Position numbers and translations under genes: made by a program
Origin: Bacteroidales bacterium
GTDB taxonomy: Bacteria > Bacteroidota > Bacteroidia > Bacteroidales > GCA-2711565
Reading direction: 5' to 3'
Length of the DNA: 64,000 nt
Assembly: GCA_963664245.1 (NCBI GenBank)
Contig: OY760934.1
Coordinates: 165,604 to 229,603, forward strand
Notes under the pieces: model-generated
The model's input: the letters and a program-made list of their open reading frames with translations, nothing else
Databases searched by the model: none
What the model was told of the DNA's origin: nothing
Part shown: piece after piece, positions 8,841-17,911 of the stretch
Position numbering within the stretch: position 1 is the stretch's first letter
Layout of the letters: every line of letters begins with the position of its first letter

Positions 8841-9818
8841 TTAAAATTTTTGTTCTCTCTCGATCATTATTTTCTCAAATCTTTTTATTAATTGAATATT
8901 CAGTCTTTCCAGTTCAGATAATTTATTGTTTACGTTCTTTTGTTGTGCTTTGTACCAATCTTGTTTCTCAAAATATTCTTTTATTTCGGGTGTTTTGAAA
9001 ATATAACCATGACGGGCAAATATTTCGTTTCTCATAATCCGGAGTTCTTTGCTTGAGTATTTGTTTAAAATCCCGTCAATTAAAATTTGTGTAGAAGCAA
9101 ATTGGTATTTCCCTTTTAAATTTTTGTTGTTTGAAATGTTGAACCAATGTGTTTTTTTTAGCTTCTTGTATAAGATTCCTGCTTTCCACCCATTATCATA
9201 ATCCGGATGACTTACTTTATAAAATAATAGTTGATTGTTTGATTTTGAAAATTTCAACGCTATTGAGTCAACCAAAATTATTTCAGGATAATCGAATTCA
9301 TAGCCAAATCTATAGGTGCTTGTGTCGGTTTTGCTAAATCCTTTTAAGACCTGTTTGTCAGGATAGAATATAATTGTATCTCCGGTTGAATTATCAAGAT
9401 AGATTCCGGAGAGTTCATGCTTGATAATGTTAGAAATAATAATATCTTTCAAGCTTTTGTCATCATTAGAAATTAGAAAATCAATGATTTCATTGTTTGA
9501 GTTTTTTACAAAAAGACATTTCTTATTATTGATGATTGATATAGAAACAGTGTTTCCTATTTCCCCTATGCTGGGGTGTTCTTTGTCTTCGGGGTATCTT
9601 CCCCAGATGTAAAATTGTTTGTCTGGTTTTTGTATTACGGAGAAAACTGATCCTCCTTCATGCAGATTTCCTCCTTCAAATAAAATCAAACTGTCATTAT
9701 AAATTTCTGACCAAAAGTATTCTAATCCATTCGTCCATTTTCCAATTAGTTCATTCTCTTGGGAGAAAAGATGATTTGTTATCAAAAGTAAAAACAGAAA
9801 GTAAAATGCTTTTTTCAT
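8841..9818 (-). CDS. Secreted YARHG domain-containing protein
   Basis: 325 aa with a signal peptide. The C-terminal LRIMRNEIFARHGYIFKTPEIKEYFEKQDWY is the YARHG motif. Confidence 0.7.
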   Translation of the reverse strand: MKKAFYFLFLLLITNHLFSQENELIGKWTNGLEYFWSEIYNDSLILFEGGNLHEGGSVFSVIQKPDKQFYIWGRYPEDKEHPSIGEIGNTVSISIINNKKCLFVKNSNNEIIDFLISNDDKSLKDIIISNIIKHELSGIYLDNSTGDTIIFYPDKQVLKGFSKTDTSTYRFGYEFDYPEIILVDSIALKFSKSNNQLLFYKVSHPDYDNGWKAGILYKKLKKTHWFNISNNKNLKGKYQFASTQILIDGILNKYSSKELRIMRNEIFARHGYIFKTPEIKEYFEKQDWYKAQQKNVNNKLSELERLNIQLIKRFEKIMIEREQKF

Positions 9819-9853
9819 TGAAATTTTTTAATTTTTAAGTAAGAGGAAGTTTG

Positions 9854-10543
9854 TTAGTTCTTTTTGTATTTCCCCTCAAAATAACAATTATATCCATGCC
9901 AATCACAATTTTCTTCTTTTATAATTAAATGTTCTGAATCAAAACGGAATTCGATTTTCTCACAATTATTATCCCTGTAATAAGCTTCTTCTGAGTTGGA
10001 GAATACAACTAATTGTTTTAGGTATCCTACGCAACCGGATTCTGTCCCTACGGAAAATTCAAAACAAAAAATATTGTCTTTTATGTGAACTAAATATAAT
10101 GCTGCATGATAAGCGTCAGAATTGTTCACGTTTTTATAATGACCTTCAATCTTTTTTGCGCTCTCATCAATAGTAATTGTTTTGTCAGAAATAATTTGAC
10201 TTTTGAAATTTAGTGATTTTTCTTTCCAAATATCTTTCCATTCGCCTTCGAAGCCTTTATAATCAATTTTTCCAACAAATCCCTTTTTGAATTGATCCTC
10301 ATAATCGGGAGATTCTGTTAATTCTATTTTGTTGTTTTTAATAGTTCCTTCAAGTAATATTTTAGTTTTATATTTTGTATAGAAATAGTAGCCTAAAACA
10401 TTATTGTCTTTTATTGTAAGAATCATCTTTATAGGATATTTGTTGGCTATTTTGCCCGATAATTCAATTACTCTTTTTTCTGTTTGTGCAAACAAAACAT
10501 TTGATAATATTATAATGCTAAAGACTAATAATAAGCGTTTCAT
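9854..10543 (-). CDS. Secreted hypothetical protein
   Basis: The track ORF extends to 10591. The Met at 10543 gives a clean signal peptide (MKRLLLVFSIIILSNVLFAQ). No recognisable domain. Confidence 0.5.
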   Translation of the reverse strand: MKRLLLVFSIIILSNVLFAQTEKRVIELSGKIANKYPIKMILTIKDNNVLGYYFYTKYKTKILLEGTIKNNKIELTESPDYEDQFKKGFVGKIDYKGFEGEWKDIWKEKSLNFKSQIISDKTITIDESAKKIEGHYKNVNNSDAYHAALYLVHIKDNIFCFEFSVGTESGCVGYLKQLVVFSNSEEAYYRDNNCEKIEFRFDSEHLIIKEENCDWHGYNCYFEGKYKKN

Positions 10544-10587
10544 AGTAGTAAGTTTTTTATAATCAATCAAAAATATAAAATCATAAA

Positions 10588-11349
10588 TCATAAATCAAAA
10601 CTCAGCCCATCATAAGCCATCACCACATTTTCCGGTAGCTCTTTGCTAACCTCTTCGTGGGTTCCCATCAGGTGGCTGATGTGGGTAAGGTAGGCTTTTT
10701 TTGGGGCGATCCGTTCAATCATTGCCAGGGCCTCTTCCAGGTTAAAATGGGAAAAGTGCGGTTCTTTACGCAGGGCATTTATAATAAGGTATTCGGTGCC
10801 CTTTATTTTTTCGAACTCTTCCTCAGAAATCCGTTTGGTATCTGTAATATAAGTCAGTTTGCCAAGGCGGTAGGCCAGGGTAGGGGTGTTAGAGTGTTCG
10901 GTTAAAATACTTTGGATTTCGAGCTGGTTGATGCTGAACTTTTTCCCGTTCACTTCCACCAGGTTTATTTCGGGAACGCCCGGGTATTTGTCCTGCTCAA
11001 AAGCGTAATAAAATTCGCGCTGCAAATCGGGAAAAGTAAAATTGCCGGCGTACACGTTCATGGCTTTTCGCTGGGTGTAGTTAAATGCCCTCACATCGTC
11101 CAAACCACCCACGTGATCTTTGTGTCCGTGGGTAATCAAAATGCCATCGAGATGCCTGATGCCGCTTCGCAACACCTGTTGCCGGAAATCAGGTCCGGCA
11201 TCGATGATAATGTTGGTTTGCTTGTCCTGGATCAGCAATGAAGTTCGTAAACGTTTGTCGCGTTCGTCGGTTGAGCGGCATGTTTTACATTTACAGGTAA
11301 TTACAGGTACACCCTGCGAAGTTCCGGTTCCAAGAAAGGTAATTTTCAC
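10588..11349 (-). CDS. MBL-fold metallo-hydrolase (PhnP/GPAD-like)
   Basis: 253 aa. It has a HGHKDHVGG metal-binding motif and an N-terminal Cys cluster (CKCKTCRS) like PhnP-type beta-lactamase-fold phosphodiesterases. Confidence 0.8.
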   Translation of the reverse strand: MKITFLGTGTSQGVPVITCKCKTCRSTDERDKRLRTSLLIQDKQTNIIIDAGPDFRQQVLRSGIRHLDGILITHGHKDHVGGLDDVRAFNYTQRKAMNVYAGNFTFPDLQREFYYAFEQDKYPGVPEINLVEVNGKKFSINQLEIQSILTEHSNTPTLAYRLGKLTYITDTKRISEEEFEKIKGTEYLIINALRKEPHFSHFNLEEALAMIERIAPKKAYLTHISHLMGTHEEVSKELPENVVMAYDGLSFDL

Positions 11350-11430
11350 GATATGCGAATAAAATCAGTAATAAAATTTTACTTTTGTGTAAAAGTAACG
11401 AGCCTTATTATATTTTCAAAGTTTATTTGC

Positions 11431-11940
11431 ATGGAAGATTTTAAAGAAATTTTGGCCGATGATTTAAACGCCAACGTAACCCGCTTAATTGGAAAAGAAT
11501 GGATGCTGATTACCGCAGGAACCCTGGATGATTACAACACCATGACGGCAGCCTGGGGCGGCATCGGGTTTTTATGGAACATGCCGGTAGTGTTTGCTTT
11601 TGTTCGCCCGCAGAGATACACCTATGACTTCTGTGAAAAATACCCGGAATTTACCCTCAGTTTTTTTAGCAAGGAACACAAAAAAGCGCTAAGCTATTGC
11701 GGAACCCATTCGGGAAGGGACGTAAATAAAGCCTTGGAAACGGGCTTGGTTCCAATTGCAACCGAAAACGGGAACGTGAGTTTTGAACAATCAAATTTAA
11801 TAATTGAATGCACAAAATTGTATTTTGATGACATAAAAAAAGCTAACTTTATACAGCCGGAAATCGATGAAAAAATTTACCCTGGGGAAGATTATCATCG
11901 CATGTATATCGGTAGGATTGATCACGTGTTTATTAAGTAA
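11431..11940 (+). CDS. Flavin reductase-like (FMN-binding split-barrel) protein
   Basis: A start at Met 11431 (MEDFKEIL...) is more plausible than 11353. The segment GKEWMLITAGT...YNTMTAAWGGIGFLWNMPV is typical of the flavin reductase / flavoredoxin family. Confidence 0.6.
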   Translation: MEDFKEILADDLNANVTRLIGKEWMLITAGTLDDYNTMTAAWGGIGFLWNMPVVFAFVRPQRYTYDFCEKYPEFTLSFFSKEHKKALSYCGTHSGRDVNKALETGLVPIATENGNVSFEQSNLIIECTKLYFDDIKKANFIQPEIDEKIYPGEDYHRMYIGRIDHVFIK

Positions 11941-11945
11941 GTTCA

Positions 11946-12491
11946 ATGGGAATCATTAGATATATAAGGGTTTATGCTGGGAAGTTGTTATTGCAAAAAC
12001 AAGCCAAAAATCTCAGGCGTGCCAAACAAATGCACAATATTGAAACAGCCCGTAGCATCGGAATTATCTATGTGTATAAAAATGAGATTGAGTTCCGAGT
12101 TATTGAAGGATTAATCAGGGATTTGAGAGAACGGAAAAAAGATGTAAAGGCTCTGGTTTATTTGCCTTACATAAATCTTCTGGAATATATTCCCCAAAAA
12201 CTTTCGATTGATTTTGTAACGCCCAACGATTTAAGTTTTTATTATCATTTGCAAGGAACCCGTGTTCACGACTTTATTGCCCGGGACTTTGATATATTGC
12301 TCGATTTTAACTTTATGAAATTCTTTCCTTTAGAAACCGTTACCGCCATTTCGCATGCCAAATTTAAGGTGGGTTATTACGATGACGACCATTTGGCAAT
12401 GTATGATATGATCCTTAAATCAAATATCCACAACCTGGAAGAAGTGATTAAACATAGCATGCATTATTTAGAGATGGTTACACCGGGGTAA
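11946..12491 (+). CDS. Conserved hypothetical protein
   Basis: 181-aa ORF with normal composition, 5 nt after the preceding gene. No recognisable motif. Confidence 0.45.
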   Translation: MGIIRYIRVYAGKLLLQKQAKNLRRAKQMHNIETARSIGIIYVYKNEIEFRVIEGLIRDLRERKKDVKALVYLPYINLLEYIPQKLSIDFVTPNDLSFYYHLQGTRVHDFIARDFDILLDFNFMKFFPLETVTAISHAKFKVGYYDDDHLAMYDMILKSNIHNLEEVIKHSMHYLEMVTPG

Positions 12492-12531
12492 GTGATGGCT
12501 AACAATATATTTATAAATAACCGAATTAAAA

Positions 12532-13098
12532 ATGACTTCTTTTTTTAATGAAAACACGCAACACTATTTGAATCAAAATAGTTTTGAGCGTCAGATGGCT
12601 AATCGATTTCTTTATGAACAACAGGAACGTAAACGAAAACGGAAGAAATTGATTCGTGCAGTCTTGATTTTAGCCGGTATTGCTTTGCTTGTTCTTGGCT
12701 TTGTTTTTTTTCCGAAAGAGGCTCCAAAAGTTTTAGCTTTTGTTTTTGCAACGGCTGTTTTAACGGCTTTTGCTGCTTGGCATGCTTCAATTTTAATTCG
12801 TATGAGTGAAAATGAAGAGGTGTATGGATTGGAAAAAATTGGTGCTTTGTTAACCGGAGCCGTTTTTAGTCTGGGGCTTATCTCTATATTGAATTGGTTA
12901 TACCTGTTAATTTTTAGAAAAGATTCAAATTTAAACATCATTATCGGAGCCCTTTTTAATACCCTGCTGATGCTTTCGTTGGGATTGCTTTTCTTGCTTG
13001 GAGAAGATGATCTTTGGTTGGGAATTATTTGCTGGGTCTATTATATATTGATTGTTGAAGGGATGCTTCTTTGGGGAATTCTGAGAAAAAAATCATAA
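12532..13098 (+). CDS. Hypothetical integral membrane protein
   Basis: 188 aa with a basic stretch (ERKRKRKK) followed by about 5 hydrophobic helices. Confidence 0.5.
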   Translation: MTSFFNENTQHYLNQNSFERQMANRFLYEQQERKRKRKKLIRAVLILAGIALLVLGFVFFPKEAPKVLAFVFATAVLTAFAAWHASILIRMSENEEVYGLEKIGALLTGAVFSLGLISILNWLYLLIFRKDSNLNIIIGALFNTLLMLSLGLLFLLGEDDLWLGIICWVYYILIVEGMLLWGILRKKS

Positions 13099-13103
13099 AA
13101 AAA

Positions 13104-13129
13104 AGCTATTCTCCAACTGTCGAATAGCT
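13104..13129. terminator. Bidirectional rho-independent terminator
   Basis: AGCTATTC (13104-13111) / GAATAGCT (13122-13129) with a 10-nt loop. An A-run lies upstream and TTTTT downstream. It sits between convergent genes. Confidence 0.55.
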
Positions 13130-13154
13130 TTTTGTCTTTATTTAAAGAATGTTT

Positions 13155-14402
13155 TTATTTTCCAACTTCAGCAAATACTTCGGTTGAGTATTCTTTGTTG
13201 TCTAGTTTTTGTTTTACCTCTTTAAATGCTTTAATGGTGTATTCAACATCTTCGAGGGTGTGAACCGCGGTCGGGATCAAACGCAATAAAATCATGCCTT
13301 TAGGAACAACCGGGTAAATTACGATTGAACAGAAAATATTGTAATTTTCACGCAAGTCTTTGGTAATTTGAGTGGCTTCCGGAACGGTTCCGTTCAGCAT
13401 TACCGGGGTAACGGGTGATTCGGTATTGCCAATGTTTAATCCGTTTGCTTTTAAACCGTCTTGTAGCGCATTTACAATTTTCCATAAATTGTTTTTGTGT
13501 TCCGGGTTGTCGCGAAGCATCTCCAAACGTTTTAAAGCTCCAAGAACCATTGGCATAGGCAATGATTTTGCATAGGTTTGCGAACGCATGTTGTACATCA
13601 AATAGCGAATTACTTCTTTTTTACTGGCTACAAACCCGCCAATTCCGGCCATGGCTTTGGCAAAGGTTCCGAAATAAACATCCACGCCTTCTTGCACGCC
13701 AAAGTGTTCATCGGTTCCGGCACCGCTTGGCCCCATGGTTCCAAATCCGTGGGCATCATCAACCAGTAAACGGAAATTGAAATCTTTTTTTAGCTCAACA
13801 ATATCTTTTAATTTACCCAAATCGCCAGACATACCATAAACACCTTCGGTAATTACCAAAATGCCACCACCAGTTTCATTGGTGATTTTTTTAGCTCTGC
13901 TCAGTTGTTTTTTTAGGTTTTCGATATTGTTGTGTGGATATACAAAACGTTTCCCGATGTGTAAGCGCATGCCGTCGATAATACAAGCATGAGCTTCAGA
14001 ATCGTACACGATTACATCTTTACGGTCAACCAGCGAATCGATGATAGAAAGCATGCCCTGGTATCCGTAGTTTAATAAAAAGGCAGCTTCACGTTTTACA
14101 AAAGCAGCTAACTCATTTTCCAGTTGCTCATGGTATTTGGTTTGTCCCGACATCATGCGGGCACCCATTGGGTAAGCCATACCGTATTGGGCAGCAGCCT
14201 CGGCATCGGCTTTTCTAACTTCCGGGTGGTTTGCCAGGCCCAGGTAGTTGTTCAAGCTCCAAACCAATCGTTCTTTGCCCATAAACATCATGTGAGGTTT
14301 AATTTCTCCTTCCAACTTTGGGAAAGTGTAATAACCATGGGATTGTTCGGCATATATCCCAATTTCACCCATTCTTTGAGTACATTTATTAAATATATCC
14401 AC
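13155..14402 (-). CDS. Alpha-oxoamine synthase family PLP enzyme (KBL / BioF / serine-palmitoyltransferase-like)
   Basis: 415 aa. NNYLGLANHPEV, the DDAHGFG motif and GTFAKAMAGIGGF (PLP-lysine) are hallmarks of the 8-amino-7-oxononanoate synthase / SPT family. The exact substrate cannot be told from sequence alone. Confidence 0.8.
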   Translation of the reverse strand: MDIFNKCTQRMGEIGIYAEQSHGYYTFPKLEGEIKPHMMFMGKERLVWSLNNYLGLANHPEVRKADAEAAAQYGMAYPMGARMMSGQTKYHEQLENELAAFVKREAAFLLNYGYQGMLSIIDSLVDRKDVIVYDSEAHACIIDGMRLHIGKRFVYPHNNIENLKKQLSRAKKITNETGGGILVITEGVYGMSGDLGKLKDIVELKKDFNFRLLVDDAHGFGTMGPSGAGTDEHFGVQEGVDVYFGTFAKAMAGIGGFVASKKEVIRYLMYNMRSQTYAKSLPMPMVLGALKRLEMLRDNPEHKNNLWKIVNALQDGLKANGLNIGNTESPVTPVMLNGTVPEATQITKDLRENYNIFCSIVIYPVVPKGMILLRLIPTAVHTLEDVEYTIKAFKEVKQKLDNKEYSTEVFAEVGK

Positions 14403-14575
14403 GTCTCGTAATTTTATGTTTATAATTAAGGTGCAAAAGTATGAATAAATATTCTTATAGCAAACTCACATTTTGGGACTTGTAAAATAAGGACTTATTA
14501 AAAAACGTTAAAAGTTTACAATGGCTTAATAATAAATTAAATGTATTATAAATTTGCAGTACGTACCATAAAAAA

Positions 14576-15391
14576 ATGTATTTTTGCGCCATGATTAAAA
14601 AAGGGAGAATTTTATTATTGCTTGTATTTATTGCAGCCTTAACGTCTTGCAGCAAATACCAACGGGTTTTAAATGATAATGCTGATGCCGGAGGGAAATA
14701 CGGTGCAGCCGTTGATTATTACGAGCAGGGTAAATATTATAAAGCCTTACGTTTGTTTGAAGACTTGCGTTCACGTTTTAGAGGAACACCACGTGATGAA
14801 CGATTAAATTATTATATCGCTCATTGTTATTATGAAGAAAATGATTACGTGTTAGGAAGCTATTATTTTAACAAGTTTGCAAAAGATTTCCCGAATAGCA
14901 AGGATGCCGAGGAAGCAAAATTTATGGCAGCTTTTTGTTATTACAAAGATTCACCCCGTTATTCGTTGGATCAGTCAACGACTATGGAAGCGATTAAAGA
15001 ATTCCAGGTGTTTATCGATCAATACCCTAACAGTGAACGCATTTCGGAATGTAACCGGATTCTGGATGATTTACGAGGTAAGCTGGAGAAAAAAGATTAT
15101 GAAAATGCATATTTGTATTTTAAAATCGGTGATTACCAGGCTTCTGTCGTAGCCTTGGAAAATGTACTGAAAGATTATCCTGATTCTGATAGAAAAGAAA
15201 ATATTTTGTTTACTATTTTGAAAGCAAGGTATATCTATGCAAGCAGAAGTATACAGCAACGTCAAAAAGAACGCTATGAGCTTGCGTTGAAAGCATATGA
15301 AGAATTTATCAAAGAATTCCCTTCGAGCGATTATTTGAAAGAAGTGAATGATATTTATACAAAATCATTAAGTCAATTGGAGCATTTATAA
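14576..15391 (+). CDS. bamD: Outer membrane protein assembly factor BamD (TPR lipoprotein)
   Basis: 271 aa with a lipobox (ALTSCS) and TPR-like repeats. Its position directly upstream of rpoZ-coaBC is the conserved Bacteroidota synteny. The start may be the Met at 14591. Confidence 0.75.
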   Translation: MYFCAMIKKGRILLLLVFIAALTSCSKYQRVLNDNADAGGKYGAAVDYYEQGKYYKALRLFEDLRSRFRGTPRDERLNYYIAHCYYEENDYVLGSYYFNKFAKDFPNSKDAEEAKFMAAFCYYKDSPRYSLDQSTTMEAIKEFQVFIDQYPNSERISECNRILDDLRGKLEKKDYENAYLYFKIGDYQASVVALENVLKDYPDSDRKENILFTILKARYIYASRSIQQRQKERYELALKAYEEFIKEFPSSDYLKEVNDIYTKSLSQLEHL

Positions 15392-15392
15392 C

Positions 15393-15725
15393 ATGGATTA
15401 CAAAAAAGTTAAAACAGAAAATACTACCGTTACCAGAAATAAAAATGATTTTTACGAACAAACTGGTAATATTTACGAGAGCGTAGTTGTGATGGCTCGA
15501 AGAGCTAATCAAATCGGTTTGGAAATTAAAGACGAATTGAACAAGAAAATTGCTGAATTTGCCAGCCCGACCGATAATTTGGAAGAAGTTTTTGAAAATC
15601 GTGAGCAAATTGAAATCGCGAAATATTATGAGCAACTTCCAAAGCCAACTCTCATTGCTGTTCATGAGTTTTTGAACGAAAAAATTTATTTTAGAAAACC
15701 TGAAGTGGAAGCAGAAAAACAATAA
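15393..15725 (+). CDS. rpoZ: DNA-directed RNA polymerase subunit omega
   Basis: 110 aa. TGNIYESVVVMARRANQI...LEEVFENREQIEIAKYYEQLPKPTLIA matches the Bacteroidota omega subunit. It begins 1 nt after bamD. Confidence 0.8.
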   Translation: MDYKKVKTENTTVTRNKNDFYEQTGNIYESVVVMARRANQIGLEIKDELNKKIAEFASPTDNLEEVFENREQIEIAKYYEQLPKPTLIAVHEFLNEKIYFRKPEVEAEKQ

Positions 15726-15744
15726 TTCTCCAGGGTAAAAATTT

Positions 15745-16947
15745 ATGCTAACAGGAAAGAAAATTCTTATCGGTATTACCGGAGGAATTGCAGCCTATAA
15801 AATTCCTCTACTCGTTCGTCTTTTTAAAAAAGCAGGAGCTGAAGTGCAAATATTGTTCAGCCCGATGGCGCATGAGTTTGTAACACCTTTAACGCTTTCC
15901 ACCCTTTCGGGCAACCCGGTATTAACCGATTCTCATAATCCTGAAACTGGCGAATGGAATTCGCATGTGGAGCTTGGAATGTGGCCCGATGTGATGTTGA
16001 TTGCCCCGGCCACGGCATCTACCATGGGGAAAATGGTAAATGGTATTGCCGATAATTTGTTGGTCACCACTTATCTTTCGGCAAAATGCCCGGTGGTATT
16101 GGCTCCGGCTATGGATTTGGATATGTACAAACATCCTTCTACCAAAACCAATGTTGAAAAACTAAAAGAATTTGGACATCTCATTATTGAACCTAAAGAA
16201 GGTGAGCTGGCCAGCGGATTATGTGGTGAGGGCAGGATGGAAGAACCCCTGGAAATTTTCAATATCATTGCTGGTATCCTAAAAAAAAAAGCTGATTTAA
16301 AAGGGAAAAGATTTTTGATTTCGGCGGGGCCTACTTACGAAGCCATTGACCCTGTTCGTTTTATTGGGAACCATTCTTCTGGCTTGATGGGTTACTCTTT
16401 GGCTGAAGAAGCTGCTTCAAGAGGAGCAACGGTCGAACTGGTGAGCGGGCCAACGCATTTAAGTGTTTCACACCCGGCTATTAAGCTTACCGAAGTTACC
16501 AGTGCTGAAGAAATGTACCGGGCTGTTACGGCTAAATTTTTGGCGGCTGATGTTACAATAATGTCGGCGGCAGTAGCTGATTATAAACCCGAACAGCTTG
16601 CCGAACAAAAAATCAAAAAGTCTTCTGAAAGCCCCAAAATAAAACTGGTTCCAACAAAAGATATTTTAGCGGAACTAGGAAAACAAAAGAAAAACTCCCA
16701 ACTTTTGGTTGGATTTGCCCTCGAAACAAACGATGAAATTTCGAATGCTGAAAAGAAATTGAAAAATAAAAACCTCGATTTTATCGTTCTTAATTCATTA
16801 AAAGATAAAGGTGCCGGATTTGGACATCAAACCAATAAAGTCTTCATTCTTGATAAAAATAAAAAGATCACTCACTTTGATTTGAAACCGAAGAAAGAAG
16901 TAGCGGTTGACATTATTAATAAAATCGTTGAAATTTCAGCAGAATAG
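15745..16947 (+). CDS. coaBC: Bifunctional phosphopantothenoylcysteine decarboxylase / phosphopantothenate-cysteine ligase
   Basis: 400 aa. The N-terminal flavoprotein domain (KILIGITGGIAAYK...PAMDLDMY) and the C-terminal DFP ligase domain (ISAGPTYEAIDPVRFIGNHSSG) are both present. Confidence 0.9.
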   Translation: MLTGKKILIGITGGIAAYKIPLLVRLFKKAGAEVQILFSPMAHEFVTPLTLSTLSGNPVLTDSHNPETGEWNSHVELGMWPDVMLIAPATASTMGKMVNGIADNLLVTTYLSAKCPVVLAPAMDLDMYKHPSTKTNVEKLKEFGHLIIEPKEGELASGLCGEGRMEEPLEIFNIIAGILKKKADLKGKRFLISAGPTYEAIDPVRFIGNHSSGLMGYSLAEEAASRGATVELVSGPTHLSVSHPAIKLTEVTSAEEMYRAVTAKFLAADVTIMSAAVADYKPEQLAEQKIKKSSESPKIKLVPTKDILAELGKQKKNSQLLVGFALETNDEISNAEKKLKNKNLDFIVLNSLKDKGAGFGHQTNKVFILDKNKKITHFDLKPKKEVAVDIINKIVEISAE

Positions 16948-16954
16948 GTCGCTT

Positions 16955-17851
16955 ATGAAAAGATTTTTTTTCGTCATATTTTTTATCCTTTTCTCAATTA
17001 GCGTTTTTTCGCAGGAATTTTTGTGTAATGTTTCTGTAAACTCATCCCAGATTGAGGGAACCGACAAAAGGGTGTATGAAAATTTGCAGTCATCCTTAAC
17101 TGAGTTTATCAATAACCGCGTGTGGACCAATTACTCGTTCAAGCCGGAAGAGCGGATTGAATGTTCGATTTTGATTACGATCGACGAAAGATCGGGCGAT
17201 GTTTTTTCGGGTAAGCTCAACCTTGCCCTTCGCAGGCCGGTGTTTAATACAAGCTACAACACGGTTTTGTTTAATTTCATAGATGAGAGTTTTCAGTTTG
17301 AATTTGTCGAATTTCAAACACTTGAGTTTGTTGAAAACACTTACACTTCTAACCTGACCTCGGTTGTTGCATATTATTTGTATTTATTTTTAGGATTGGA
17401 TTTTGATAGTTTTTCTATGTACGGGGGAACCCCGTTTTTTGAAAAAGCCCAGGCCATTGTCAACACGGCTCAGGCTTCTCGCTTTATCGGCTGGAAAGCT
17501 TATGAAAGTACTAAAAACCGTTACTGGATTATTGAAAATATATTGAACCCTTCGTATCGTGATATCCGGAAATTCTTGTATGAATATCACCGCCTGGGTT
17601 TTGATGTAATGTCTGATAATATGGTTGAAGGAAGAGATAAAATTAGTAAGTCTCTTCGATTGCTACGGGTTGTACACAATGAACGCCCTAATTTATTCTT
17701 TTTGCAATTGTTCCTTGCTGCAAAACGCGACGAGTTCATTAAGCTTTTTTCTGACGCTTCTAAGCTCGAAAAGACGGAAGCTATTGAAATCCTTTCAGAA
17801 ATAGACCCTGCAAACACGGCTAAATACCAGGCTATCCAAAAACAAAATTAA
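16955..17851 (+). CDS. DUF4835-family secreted protein
   Basis: The Met at 16955 gives a signal peptide (MKRFFFVIFFILFSISVFSQ). Its position between coaBC and recN is the conserved slot for the DUF4835 family in Bacteroidota. Confidence 0.6.
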   Translation: MKRFFFVIFFILFSISVFSQEFLCNVSVNSSQIEGTDKRVYENLQSSLTEFINNRVWTNYSFKPEERIECSILITIDERSGDVFSGKLNLALRRPVFNTSYNTVLFNFIDESFQFEFVEFQTLEFVENTYTSNLTSVVAYYLYLFLGLDFDSFSMYGGTPFFEKAQAIVNTAQASRFIGWKAYESTKNRYWIIENILNPSYRDIRKFLYEYHRLGFDVMSDNMVEGRDKISKSLRLLRVVHNERPNLFFLQLFLAAKRDEFIKLFSDASKLEKTEAIEILSEIDPANTAKYQAIQKQN

Positions 17852-17911
17852 AGTTCATTTGTTGCATTATTTTAGTTAATTTTGAGGCTATTCAGTCAGA
17901 AATCTTTTTGA

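Noticed and set aside
15309-15722. 137-aa minus-strand ORF
   Set aside because: It is antisense to rpoZ and the end of bamD, both of which are supported by conserved sequence and synteny.
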